A stretch of DNA of 58,301 nt from Clostridiales bacterium (GTDB taxonomy: Bacteria; Bacillota; Clostridia; Christensenellales; DTU072), in assembly GCA_012799455.1 (NCBI GenBank), contig JAAZLE010000008.1, forward strand, positions 1 through 58,301. Reading direction: 5' to 3'. Position 1 is the first letter of the stretch; the number at the start of each line of letters is the position of its first letter. Position numbers and translations under genes: made by a program. This document shows, piece after piece, positions 28,296-38,041 of this stretch. Under the pieces are notes generated by a model. The model saw only the letters and a list, made by a program, of their open reading frames with translations. It was not told the DNA's origin and ran no database searches.

Positions 28296-30404
28296 ATGAA
28301 TTTAGTAATAGTAGAATCGCCGTCAAAGTCAAAAACCATTCAAAAATATTTGGGAAATAACTATAAAGTAATGGCAACTGTGGGGCATATATATGATCTC
28401 CCTAAAAGATCGTTAGGTATAGATATAGATAATAATTTTGAGCCACAGTATGTAATTACAGATGCAAAGAAGCGAAAAATTATTAATGATTTAAAAACCG
28501 CCGTAAAATCAAGCGATAAGATTTATTTAGCAACTGACCCAGACAGGGAAGGCGAAGCAATTAGTTGGCATATAGCAAAAGCTTTGGAAATAGAAAATAA
28601 AAAAAATAGAATTGAATTTCATGAAATTACTTACAATGCCATAAACAATGCAATCAATAATCCAAGAGAAATTAATCAAAATCTTGTGGACGCGCAACAA
28701 GCTAGAAGGGTTATTGATAGACTTGTGGGCTATAAGGTCAGTCCTATTTTATCAAGTAAAATTAAAGCCGGGCTATCTGGAGGAAGGGTGCAGTCAGCGG
28801 CTTTGAAAATGATTATTGATAGAGAAAAAGACATAGAGTCATTTACGCCCAGGGAGTATTGGAATATAGTCGCCACATTAAAAAATAAATCAGGAATCAA
28901 AATCCAAGCTACAGCAACGGAATGTAATGGAAAAAAAATTACAGTCGCAAATAAGAGTGAGTCAGACACTGTCATACAAGAGTTACTACTTTCTGACTGG
29001 AATGTATCAAATATTAAAAAATCAAAGCAAGTTGTTAAGGCTTTTCCGCCATATACAACTAGCACATTGCAGCAAGATGCCTCTATAAAGCTAGGTTATT
29101 CATCTTCGATAGTTATGCAGATCGCTCAACAACTGTATGAGGGTGTAGAGGTAGCAGGCGAGGGTCATATTGCATTAGTCACGTATATAAGAACAGATAG
29201 TGTTAGAGTGTCTAAAGAGATGCAAGATAAAACGTTAGATTATATAAAAACAAATTACGGACTAGAATTTACTCCGTCCAAACCAAATGTTTACTCAAGT
29301 AAAAAAAGCGCACAAGATGCTCATGAAGCAATTAGGCCAGTGGATTTAAACCGCACTCCAGAATCATTAAAGGGTTTAATTAAGTCTAGCCATTATAAGT
29401 TGTATAAACTAATTTATGAAAGATATTTGGCTAGTCAGATGACTCCTGCGGTCTACGCAGTTACCAATATCGAAATAGAAGCGATACACAAACAAAATAT
29501 ATATTCATTCGGAGTTCAAGAAAAAAAATTAATTGAAAAAGGCTATACCATTGTTTACGACAGCCAAACCGTTGAAGAGGAAGATGATGGTAGCCCTACA
29601 GTTAGCTTACCAGATTTGTCTAAAGATGAGAAATTCTTGCTAGAAGATGTAAAAGGGGTTCAGAAGTTTACGAAGCCTCTTTCAAGATATACAGAAGCTT
29701 CCCTCATTAAATCCATGGAAGAAAATGGGATAGGAAGACCTTCGACATATGCTTCTGTAATATCTGTTCTATTGAAGAGAGATTATGTAAAAAAAGAAAA
29801 AAAGGTATTAGTACCATCAATATTAGGGAGGAAGGTAACCGAATATATGGAGAGTTATTTTCCTGATATTGTTGACTTGAAATTTACTGCAAATATGGAA
29901 GATGCGTTAGATACAATTGAAAATGGAAAAGAATGGAAAAATATAATTTCGAAGTTTTATCCAAAATTCGCAAAGGATGTAGACCATGCAAAGAAGTATT
30001 CTCAAAAAGTTGAATTGCCACAAGAGGTTTCGGATGAAATTTGTGAAAAATGCGGCGCAAATATGATTGTCAAAGATGGAAGATATGGAAAGTTTTTAGC
30101 CTGTCCTAATTATCCTTCTTGTAAGAATGTGAAAAGCATTAATGAAAAGGTGTCTATATGTCCTATTTGTGGAAATGATGTTGTTAAAAGGCACACCAAA
30201 AAAGGTAAGATGTTTTATGCTTGCGTTAAAAGAGAGTGTAAGTTTATGTCTTGGGATTTACCTGCTCCAATTCTCTGCCCGAAATGCTCAAGTCCTATGA
30301 AGATTAATAAGGTAAGAGGAAAGACGCAATATGTTTGTACAGATAGGTTATGCAGGAATATAGTTTTACCTCTAATAGAAGGTTCTGAATCGGATGAAAG
30401 CTAA
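28296..30404 (+). CDS. topA: DNA topoisomerase I with C-terminal Zn ribbons
   Basis: LVIVESPSK, ATDPDREGE, SGGRVQS, catalytic VTYIRTDS, QDAHEAIRP, GIGRPST, three C4 ribbons. Confidence 0.97.
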   Translation: MNLVIVESPSKSKTIQKYLGNNYKVMATVGHIYDLPKRSLGIDIDNNFEPQYVITDAKKRKIINDLKTAVKSSDKIYLATDPDREGEAISWHIAKALEIENKKNRIEFHEITYNAINNAINNPREINQNLVDAQQARRVIDRLVGYKVSPILSSKIKAGLSGGRVQSAALKMIIDREKDIESFTPREYWNIVATLKNKSGIKIQATATECNGKKITVANKSESDTVIQELLLSDWNVSNIKKSKQVVKAFPPYTTSTLQQDASIKLGYSSSIVMQIAQQLYEGVEVAGEGHIALVTYIRTDSVRVSKEMQDKTLDYIKTNYGLEFTPSKPNVYSSKKSAQDAHEAIRPVDLNRTPESLKGLIKSSHYKLYKLIYERYLASQMTPAVYAVTNIEIEAIHKQNIYSFGVQEKKLIEKGYTIVYDSQTVEEEDDGSPTVSLPDLSKDEKFLLEDVKGVQKFTKPLSRYTEASLIKSMEENGIGRPSTYASVISVLLKRDYVKKEKKVLVPSILGRKVTEYMESYFPDIVDLKFTANMEDALDTIENGKEWKNIISKFYPKFAKDVDHAKKYSQKVELPQEVSDEICEKCGANMIVKDGRYGKFLACPNYPSCKNVKSINEKVSICPICGNDVVKRHTKKGKMFYACVKRECKFMSWDLPAPILCPKCSSPMKINKVRGKTQYVCTDRLCRNIVLPLIEGSESDES

Positions 30405-31680
30405 AGTAATTGGTGGTGGACTCGCAGGCTGTGAGGCAAGTTATCAATTATTAAAAAGAGGGATAAGTGTTACCCTGTACGAAATGAGACCAGCTGTTTT
30501 TACAGGTGCACATAAAACATCAGGTTTAGCTGAGTTAGTGTGCAGTAACAGTTTAAAAAGCATTGACCCAGGAACACCCCAAGGTCTACTTAAATCCGAA
30601 TTAAAAAGTTTAGATTCATTAATTTTAAAGGCTGCAATTATTGCAAAAGTTCCATCTGGCACTGCATTATCCGTAGACAGAGAATCTTTTTCGCATGAAG
30701 TGGAAAAGGTCCTAAAATCATTCCCAAATTTTAAATTAATTAGAGAAGAAGTAACGGAAATTGATAATTATTCTATTGTTGCGACTGGGCCATTAAGTAG
30801 TTCTGCAATGTGTGATGCAATTAAAGGACTCACGGGTAGAGAGTTTTTAAATTTTTATGATGCGATTTCTCCGATAGTTGAAGCAGATTCCGTTGATATG
30901 AATATGGCTTTTTTTGCTTCGAGATACGGCAAAGGGGATGCAGATTACTTAAATTGTGGAATGACAAAAGAGGACTATATTAAATTTCGAAACGCATTAC
31001 TATCTGGAGAAAAAGTTGTTTTAAGAGAGTTTGAGTCTAAAGATGTCTTTGAAGGTTGCATTCCAATAGAAGAATTAGCAAGGCGAGGAGAGGATACCAT
31101 GAGGTATGGGCCATTGCGTCCAGTGGGTTTAGTTGATGAAGACGGGAAAAGATACTATGCGGTGGTGCAATTAAGAAAGGAAGATTTGCTTTCGGAAATG
31201 TATAATATGGTTGGTTTCCAAACAAATATGAAATATAAAGAACAAGAACGTATTTTTAGACTTATACCTGCGCTTTCAAAAGCAGAATTTGTTCGATTAG
31301 GCTCAATGCACAAAAATATATATATTGAAAGCCCACGAGTTTTAGAGGCTTCTCTAAGGCTGAAAAAGAATCATACGGTGTTTTTTGCAGGCCAAATAAC
31401 AGGAGTTGAAGGCTATATGGAGAGTGCTGCTATGGGATTATTGGCAGGAATTAACATGGCTAGATTATTACATAATATGGATCCGTTAGTTTTCTCAAAG
31501 AAAACCATGATTGGTGCACTTTCAAATTATGTGGCAAATGAACCTTCTACATTCAGGCCAATGAATGCCAACATAGGTTTATTAGAAGGATTGGAAAGCA
31601 TAAATAAAAACATACGAAAAGAACAGGCTTTTAAAAATTCAACGAATGAAATCAAAAAGATTTTATCAACTCTAGTATAA
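30394..31680 (+). CDS. trmFO: Folate/FAD-dependent tRNA m5U54 methyltransferase
   Basis: GGGLAGCEA, ELVCSNS, FYDAISP, FEGCIP, MVGFQT, GQITGVEGY, PMNANIG. Confidence 0.94.
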   Translation: MKAKVIGGGLAGCEASYQLLKRGISVTLYEMRPAVFTGAHKTSGLAELVCSNSLKSIDPGTPQGLLKSELKSLDSLILKAAIIAKVPSGTALSVDRESFSHEVEKVLKSFPNFKLIREEVTEIDNYSIVATGPLSSSAMCDAIKGLTGREFLNFYDAISPIVEADSVDMNMAFFASRYGKGDADYLNCGMTKEDYIKFRNALLSGEKVVLREFESKDVFEGCIPIEELARRGEDTMRYGPLRPVGLVDEDGKRYYAVVQLRKEDLLSEMYNMVGFQTNMKYKEQERIFRLIPALSKAEFVRLGSMHKNIYIESPRVLEASLRLKKNHTVFFAGQITGVEGYMESAAMGLLAGINMARLLHNMDPLVFSKKTMIGALSNYVANEPSTFRPMNANIGLLEGLESINKNIRKEQAFKNSTNEIKKILSTLV

Positions 31681-31823
31681 ATATTATTTAGGTAAAGAGC
31701 GCAATGTTTATCCTAGTAATTGAATTAACAAATTATGGAAAGTGCGTGCTTATTAGAATTATAAGTAATAATTAATTTATTATGTTTAAGTTCACTATTA
31801 TGTTAAACATTAAGCTTAAACAG

Positions 31824-31832
31824 TGGTATAAT
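31824..31832 (+). promoter_or_regulatory. Extended -10 promoter element upstream of hslV
   Basis: TG-n-TATAAT; weak -35 (TAAACA, 31804-31809) at 17-nt spacing. Confidence 0.5.
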
Positions 31833-31927
31833 ATGTGTATCGTGCGTTTAATAGAACATATTATGTTGCGTTAAAAGGATAAAAGTTTTATTAATAATAC
31901 TTAACAAAAGTTCGGAGAGGTAAAAAA

Positions 31928-32461
31928 ATGAGTGATTTTCAGGGAACAACGATTTGCGCTGTGAAAAGAAATGGTTTGACTGCAATAGCAGGAGATGGGC
32001 AAGTAACTATGGGCGAAAGGGTAGTATTTAAAGGTAATGCTAAAAAAGTTCAAAGAATATTTTCTGACAAGGTTGTAATTGGATTTGCTGGAACGGTTAG
32101 CGACGCTTTTGCATTAAGTGAAAAGTTCGAAGAAATGCTACAGAAATACAGTGGAAATCTCGTAAGAGCAGCAGTTGAACTTGCAGACCTTTGGCGAAAA
32201 GATAACGCTCGCAGGCTTGACGCTATGCTGATTGCTGCTGATAAAGATAATCTTTTGGTTATAAGCGGAACAGGGGAGGTTATTGAGCCGGAAACGGGTG
32301 TTTGTGCGATTGGTAGCGGAGGAAGTTATGCCTTGTCTGCAGCTAGGGCTTTATATGATCACACAGAAATGTCTGCAGAAGAAATTGTTATTAATGCAAT
32401 GAAAATCGCAAGTGATATATGTGTTTATACGAATAATAATTTGACAATCGAATTAGTATAG
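31928..32461 (+). CDS. hslV: ATP-dependent protease subunit HslV (ClpQ)
   Basis: Short propeptide then TTICAV, AGDGQVT, KGNAKKV, GFAG, AIGSGG, ICVYTN. Confidence 0.95.
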   Translation: MSDFQGTTICAVKRNGLTAIAGDGQVTMGERVVFKGNAKKVQRIFSDKVVIGFAGTVSDAFALSEKFEEMLQKYSGNLVRAAVELADLWRKDNARRLDAMLIAADKDNLLVISGTGEVIEPETGVCAIGSGGSYALSAARALYDHTEMSAEEIVINAMKIASDICVYTNNNLTIELV

Positions 32462-32542
32462 ATAGAATTATCTCAATTAGTATTAAACTATGACATGCTG
32501 TCAATTAGTGGATTAGAAGCATATAAATTAAAGGAGTGAAAA

Positions 32543-33880
32543 ATGAAAAAACTGACACCCCCACAAATAGTAAAAGAGTTAGATAGATACATAATAGGAC
32601 AAGATGCCGCTAAAAAGTCTGTTGCAGTAGCATTGAGAAATAGATATAGGCGCTCACAGCTTCCCGAAGAAGTAAGAGATGAAATCACACCCAAAAACAT
32701 CATTATGAAGGGCCCAACCGGAGTGGGCAAAACTGAAATCGCCAGAAGATTGGCAAGGTTAGTTAAAGCACCTTTTGTAAAAGTAGAGGCTACAAAATTT
32801 ACGGAAGTTGGTTATGTTGGTCGAGATGTGGAATCTATGATTAGGGATTTAGTTGAAGCATCAATTAGATTAGTAAAAGAAGAAAAAATAGCAGAAGTTG
32901 AACCTATGGCTAAAGAGATTGCTGAAAAAAAGATAGTGGATGCACTTTTCCCTGTTAGGAAAAAAACTTTAAAAGATAGTTTACAAGAAGGCGATGAGTT
33001 AATGTCTGATCCGTTAATTAGAGAACAATTAGCTCAAGATTTAAGAGATGGAAAGCTAGATGGCATAAATCTCGAAATGGAAATGCCCGTTGCTCCAAAA
33101 CAACTGCAGTTAGGCGCAATAGGCGGTGATATGGGGAATATCGGAGATATTATGAATAGTTTTATGCCTAAAAAAACAAAACGTAAAAAGATTTCTGTTG
33201 CGGATGCATATAAGTTTTTTATAAATGAAGAGGCGAGTAAATTAATAGATGACGATTTAATTAATAGCTTAGGATTAGAACGCGCCGAACAAGAAGGCAT
33301 CATCTTTATAGATGAAATAGACAAAATCGCCTCTAGAGGTGCTACTCATGGTCCAGATGTATCAAGAGAAGGAGTGCAGAGAGATATATTACCTATTGTC
33401 GAAGGTTGTACCGTAAACACAAAGTATGGAAATATAAAGACGGATTTTATTTTATTCATTGCAGCGGGTGCTTTCCATATGTCCAAAGTAAATGATTTAA
33501 TTCCCGAATTACAGGGGAGATTTCCAGTACAGGTAGAATTACAAAGTTTAACGGAGGATGACTTTGTAAAAATTCTTAAAGAGCCAGATAATGCTGTTAT
33601 TATGCAATATGCAGCATTACTTAGGGTAGATAATGTCGATTTAAAATTCACGGATGAAGCAATTAAACAGATAGCAAAGGCTGCCTTTTTAGAAAATGAG
33701 AATACGGAAAATATTGGTGCTAGGCGGTTGCATACAGTGCTAGAGAATTTATTAGATGATTTAAGCTACAATGCCTCGTCGTTAACGCCACTGCAAACCA
33801 TCACAATTGACAAAAAGTATGTAGATGAACATATGTCAAAAACCTTCAGCATGAAGAATTTAAAAAGATTTATATTATAA
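32543..33880 (+). CDS. hslU: ATP-dependent protease ATPase HslU (ClpY)
   Basis: LDRYIIGQ, GPTGVGKTEIARRLA, TEVGYVGRD, FIDEIDKI, SREGVQRD, ELQGRFP, NIGARRL. Confidence 0.97.
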   Translation: MKKLTPPQIVKELDRYIIGQDAAKKSVAVALRNRYRRSQLPEEVRDEITPKNIIMKGPTGVGKTEIARRLARLVKAPFVKVEATKFTEVGYVGRDVESMIRDLVEASIRLVKEEKIAEVEPMAKEIAEKKIVDALFPVRKKTLKDSLQEGDELMSDPLIREQLAQDLRDGKLDGINLEMEMPVAPKQLQLGAIGGDMGNIGDIMNSFMPKKTKRKKISVADAYKFFINEEASKLIDDDLINSLGLERAEQEGIIFIDEIDKIASRGATHGPDVSREGVQRDILPIVEGCTVNTKYGNIKTDFILFIAAGAFHMSKVNDLIPELQGRFPVQVELQSLTEDDFVKILKEPDNAVIMQYAALLRVDNVDLKFTDEAIKQIAKAAFLENENTENIGARRLHTVLENLLDDLSYNASSLTPLQTITIDKKYVDEHMSKTFSMKNLKRFIL

Positions 33881-33953
33881 ACTGAGCATATAGATATGGT
33901 GATTCATTGTATATCACATAATGACAGAAGAAAAATAAAGCAGAGGTTTGGAA

Positions 33954-35213
33954 ATGATACGAATACCAAGGGGAACAAAAGATGTGCTTCCTACTGAATC
34001 TTACAAATGGCAACAAATTGAAAAAATTTTTAGAGAAGTTAGCAATTTGTTTGGGTTCCAAGAAATAAGAACCCCCACTTTTGAAAGCACTGAGTTGTTT
34101 TTACGTGGAGTAGGTGAAACGACAGATATTGTAAGTAAAGAGATGTACACCTTTTTAGATAAGGGTGATAGAAGTATCACTTTAAAACCAGAAGGGACCG
34201 CAGGTGTGGCAAGATCTTTTGTCGAAAATGGGTTAGCTTCGTCGGCCCTGCCTTTGAAGATGTATTATATAACTCCAGTATTCCGATATGAAGCCCCGCA
34301 GGCTGGCAGATTAAGAGAACATCATCAGTTTGGTGTTGAGCTTTTTGGAAGCGAATCTCCGTACGCAGATCTTGAGGTTATTTTATTGGCAAGAGAAATT
34401 TTTAAAAGGTTCGATATAAGTTCGGTTTTCCTTAAAATTAATAATATAGGATGTCCTAGTTGTAGAAAAAAGTATAATGAAATTTTAACAGAATACTTAA
34501 AAAAGAATACTGACAAGTTGTGTCAAACTTGTAATGACAGATTGTATAAGAACCCATTAAGAATACTTGATTGTAAAATAGATTCATGTGAAATAGTAAA
34601 GGCAGACGCACCGAAAATTATAGATCACCTATGTCCTGATTGCCTAAAACATCATGATTTTTTAATCCAGTTGTTAGATGCTTCAAATGTAGAATATGTA
34701 ATTGATCCGTATTTAGTACGTGGCTTGGATTACTACACCGGTACGGTCTTCGAGTTTGTTTCAAGCGTAATAGGTTCTCAGGGTACGGTTTGCGGTGGGG
34801 GGAGGTACAACAATTTAATCACAGAAGTGGGCGGAGTGAATACTCCTGCTGTTGGATTTGGTATGGGAATTGAAAGACTGATCCTCTTATTAGAAGCGAA
34901 TGGTTATAAATTTGTTGACGATAAAAAGCCTATAGTTTATATTGCCACCTATAACCAGAGCTACTATGTATATGCATTACAATTAGTTACTTTGTTACGG
35001 AAAGAAGGAGTTGCTGTCGAAATAGATGTGGTAGGTAGAAGTTTTAAAGCACAGCTAAAATATGCAAATAAAAAAGGTTTTAAATTTGTTTTAGTAGTTG
35101 GCGAGAATGAAGTAGCGTCTAATAAATTTTCATTAAAAAATTTCGAAACGGGAGAAGAGTTTTTATTGGATAAGAAAGATTTAGCAATTTTTATTAAAAA
35201 TCAAAGGATTTGA
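33954..35213 (+). CDS. hisS: Histidyl-tRNA synthetase
   Basis: PRGTKD, KEMYTF, FRYEAPQAGRLREHHQ, LVRGLDYY, GGGRYN, GFGMGIER; start ATG 33954. Confidence 0.96.
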   Translation: MIRIPRGTKDVLPTESYKWQQIEKIFREVSNLFGFQEIRTPTFESTELFLRGVGETTDIVSKEMYTFLDKGDRSITLKPEGTAGVARSFVENGLASSALPLKMYYITPVFRYEAPQAGRLREHHQFGVELFGSESPYADLEVILLAREIFKRFDISSVFLKINNIGCPSCRKKYNEILTEYLKKNTDKLCQTCNDRLYKNPLRILDCKIDSCEIVKADAPKIIDHLCPDCLKHHDFLIQLLDASNVEYVIDPYLVRGLDYYTGTVFEFVSSVIGSQGTVCGGGRYNNLITEVGGVNTPAVGFGMGIERLILLLEANGYKFVDDKKPIVYIATYNQSYYVYALQLVTLLRKEGVAVEIDVVGRSFKAQLKYANKKGFKFVLVVGENEVASNKFSLKNFETGEEFLLDKKDLAIFIKNQRI

Positions 35214-35280
35214 TTACCAATTAAATTGAATTAATGCTGTTTATGCATTATTAAAAATACGATTATATGGAGAAACAGCA

Positions 35281-37056
35281 ATGGAAGAGAGTATTGCAGG
35301 TTTAAAAAGAACAAAAATGTGTGGTGAATTTACCTCAAACGATAGCGGGATGGAAGTTGTTGTTATGGGGTTTGTTGCCAAATATAGAAATCTTGGAAAA
35401 ATATTATTTGTTGATTTAAGAGATCGCACGGGAGTTTTACAACTGGCGTTTTATAGTGATTCTAACATCGAAACTTTTGAAAAAGCATTACGGATTAGGA
35501 ATGAGTTTGTAATTTTAGTAAAAGGAGTTATTACTAATAGAACGGAGAAAAATATTAACAAGAATATGCCTACTGGCGAAGTTGAAGTCGTAGTTAATGA
35601 GCTGAAAATTTTATCGGAAGCAGATACTCCACCGTTTAGTATAGGAGATGTGAGCGCAAATGAAGCTTTGAGGCTAAAATATAGATATTTAGATTTGAGA
35701 AGAGAATCGTTGCAAAATAAACTTCTTTTACGACACGAAGTAACATTAATCACACATAAATATATGGATAAAATGGGCTTTATAAATGTCGAAACGCCAT
35801 TTTTAGGAAAATCCACGCCAGAAGGAGCACGTGACTATCTTGTCCCAAGCAGGGTGAATAAAGGCTTGTATTACGCGTTGCCACAATCTCCTCAAATATA
35901 TAAACAGCTACTTATGATTTCTGGGTTAGACAGGTACTATCAAATAGTAAAATGTTTTAGAGACGAAGACTTGCGCGCTAATAGACAGCCCGAGTTTACC
36001 CAAATTGACTTGGAGATGAGTTACGTAGACAGCATCGAGGATATCCTTCAAATTACAGAAGGTCTTGTAAAAGAAATATTTAAAGAAACAATAGGTATAG
36101 AATTTCCATCGAAGTTTAGAAGAATGAGTTACAAAGAGGCCATGAATAGGTTTGGCAGCGATAAACCTGACACAAGGTTTGGGATTGAACTTTGTGACTT
36201 GACTTCATTACTTAAAAATGTTGATTTTGGTGCATTTAAGTTAGCCCAACAGAACGGTTACAGTATCAGAGCAATAAATGTAAAAGGTCAAGCTGATATT
36301 TCTCGTAAGGAAATTGATAAATATTCTGATATTGCTAGGGAATATGGTGCTAAAGGAGTGTTTTCCATTGCGTATAAAAATAACGAAGTATCGTCATCAT
36401 TACTAAAATATATGGACGATAATATTATTTCGTCAATTTCAACGATTACTAATGCTCAGGAAGGAGATTTGATAATCATTGTTTCGGACAAAGATAAAAT
36501 AGTATTTGATGCTCTTGGAGCATGTCGATTATATGTTGGGAAAAAGCTAGGATTGTTTGATGAAAATACATTTGATGTTTTATGGGTGACGGAATTTCCT
36601 CTTTATGAATATGATGAAGATGAGGGGAGGCTAGTAGCAATGCATCATCCCTTTACTAGCCCAATGAATGAGGATATAGGGCTTTTAGATACAAACCCAT
36701 TGGAAGTTCGCGCTAAGGCTTACGACTTAGTGATTAATGGACAGGAAGCTGGCGGTGGATCTATCCGAATTCATTCACGTGAGTTACAGAGAAAAATGTT
36801 CGATTTAATCGGCTTAACAGAGAAAGATATTGTTGATAGATTTGGGTTCTTCATTGAAGCATTCAGTTATGGTGTTCCTCCGCATGGTGGATTGGCACTA
36901 GGATTAGACCGGCTTATTATGTTACTGTCGGGGACGGACAATATCAAGGAAACAATAGCTTTTCCCAAGAATCAAAGTGCACAATGTTTAATGTCGGGCG
37001 CTCCAAGCACAGTAGAACGGAAACAGTTAGAGGAATTATACGATAAAAACAAATAG
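35281..37056 (+). CDS. aspS: Aspartyl-tRNA synthetase
   Basis: RLKYRYLDLR, STPEGARD, LPQSPQ, CFRDEDLRANRQPEF, GSDKPD, HHPFT, PPHGG. Confidence 0.96.
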   Translation: MEESIAGLKRTKMCGEFTSNDSGMEVVVMGFVAKYRNLGKILFVDLRDRTGVLQLAFYSDSNIETFEKALRIRNEFVILVKGVITNRTEKNINKNMPTGEVEVVVNELKILSEADTPPFSIGDVSANEALRLKYRYLDLRRESLQNKLLLRHEVTLITHKYMDKMGFINVETPFLGKSTPEGARDYLVPSRVNKGLYYALPQSPQIYKQLLMISGLDRYYQIVKCFRDEDLRANRQPEFTQIDLEMSYVDSIEDILQITEGLVKEIFKETIGIEFPSKFRRMSYKEAMNRFGSDKPDTRFGIELCDLTSLLKNVDFGAFKLAQQNGYSIRAINVKGQADISRKEIDKYSDIAREYGAKGVFSIAYKNNEVSSSLLKYMDDNIISSISTITNAQEGDLIIIVSDKDKIVFDALGACRLYVGKKLGLFDENTFDVLWVTEFPLYEYDEDEGRLVAMHHPFTSPMNEDIGLLDTNPLEVRAKAYDLVINGQEAGGGSIRIHSRELQRKMFDLIGLTEKDIVDRFGFFIEAFSYGVPPHGGLALGLDRLIMLLSGTDNIKETIAFPKNQSAQCLMSGAPSTVERKQLEELYDKNK

Positions 37057-37081
37057 AGATAATACAAAACATGAGCTCAAA

Positions 37082-37606
37082 ATGAGAGAAAACGGAATAA
37101 TATATAAAACATACAAAGATGGGTTTGCACAAGTACGTTTGGCAAGAAAGACTGCTTGTGAAAATTGCAGGATGTGTTTAATGCCTAAAGATGAAATGTA
37201 TGTAAAAATTAAAATTAAAAATACGATTAATGCAAAAGAAGGCGATATTGTATCGGTAGAAATGAAAGAAAAGGCAATAGTTTTTGCATCGCTTATTGTA
37301 TATTTTTTCCCATTATTATTAGTAGGTATTATTTTGTGGTTAACTAACAAATTAGAACTTTGGATTAGTTTAACGGTTTCTTTAGGTTCTTTACCCATAT
37401 CGTATGTTATTGTATTTTTGGTCGATAAATATATAATACAACAAAAGGAGGGATATGCTCCTAAAATGCATTTGCCTGACAATGTAGATAAAAGAGAAAT
37501 TATGGAGTTAAAAAGACTGCTAAAAACTGGTGATAATGTTAAAATACAAGATGATTTAGGAACTTATACTCTGGGTGGGGACGAACATATAGATGAAGAT
37601 CTATAA
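37082..37606 (+). CDS. RseC/MucC-like membrane protein
   Basis: N-terminal beta domain with ACENCRMC, AKEGDIVSV, LIVYFFPLL and two TM helices; extra ~45-aa C-terminal tail. Confidence 0.75.
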   Translation: MRENGIIYKTYKDGFAQVRLARKTACENCRMCLMPKDEMYVKIKIKNTINAKEGDIVSVEMKEKAIVFASLIVYFFPLLLVGIILWLTNKLELWISLTVSLGSLPISYVIVFLVDKYIIQQKEGYAPKMHLPDNVDKREIMELKRLLKTGDNVKIQDDLGTYTLGGDEHIDEDL

Positions 37607-37638
37607 GTGGCATTATGGTTTCCGTTTAAGTTGTTAAG

Positions 37639-37666
37639 TTGCTTATTTTTAGTAAAAACTTATAAT
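37639..37666 (+). promoter_or_regulatory. Probable sigma-A promoter for the thioredoxin-glyA-iscS-iscU unit
   Basis: TTGCTT-16 nt-TATAAT. Confidence 0.5.
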
Positions 37667-37691
37667 AAGGTAAAAAATAAAGGAGAGTTTT

Positions 37692-38012
37692 ATGAAAAGC
37701 ATAGTGGGAAAGGAAAGTTTTGATGAAGCAATATCATCTGATAAAGTTGTGTTTGTAAAATTTACTGCTGATTGGTGCGCTCAATGTAAAATGATGGAGG
37801 AAATTATTAGACAGGTAATAGAGCAGTTTAGAGATAATGTTGTTTTTATTTCTTTGGATGTGGATGCACCAGGAAATAGGGAAATAATTAAAAACAATAA
37901 TATTATGACACTACCAACATGCATAATATATAAAGACAGGATTCAAAAAGAGAGGTTTGGCATGGTAGCAAAAGCCGCTATCGTTAATAAGCTCGAAAAT
38001 CTTCTCAATTAA
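37692..38012 (+). CDS. Thioredoxin-family protein
   Basis: [14 protein letters not shown], cis-Pro loop IMTLPT; 106 aa. Confidence 0.88.
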   Translation: MKSIVGKESFDEAISSDKVVFVKFTADWCAQCKMMEEIIRQVIEQFRDNVVFISLDVDAPGNREIIKNNNIMTLPTCIIYKDRIQKERFGMVAKAAIVNKLENLLN

Positions 38013-38041
38013 AATTTAATAAACAAAGCAAGGAGAATAAA

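Noticed and set aside
31781-31871. TTATGTTAAAC and TTATGTTGCGT resemble the XerD arm of a dif site, at the locus where xerC usually lies
   Set aside because: No matching XerC arm at 6-bp spacing, and gene orientation does not switch here as it would at a terminus.
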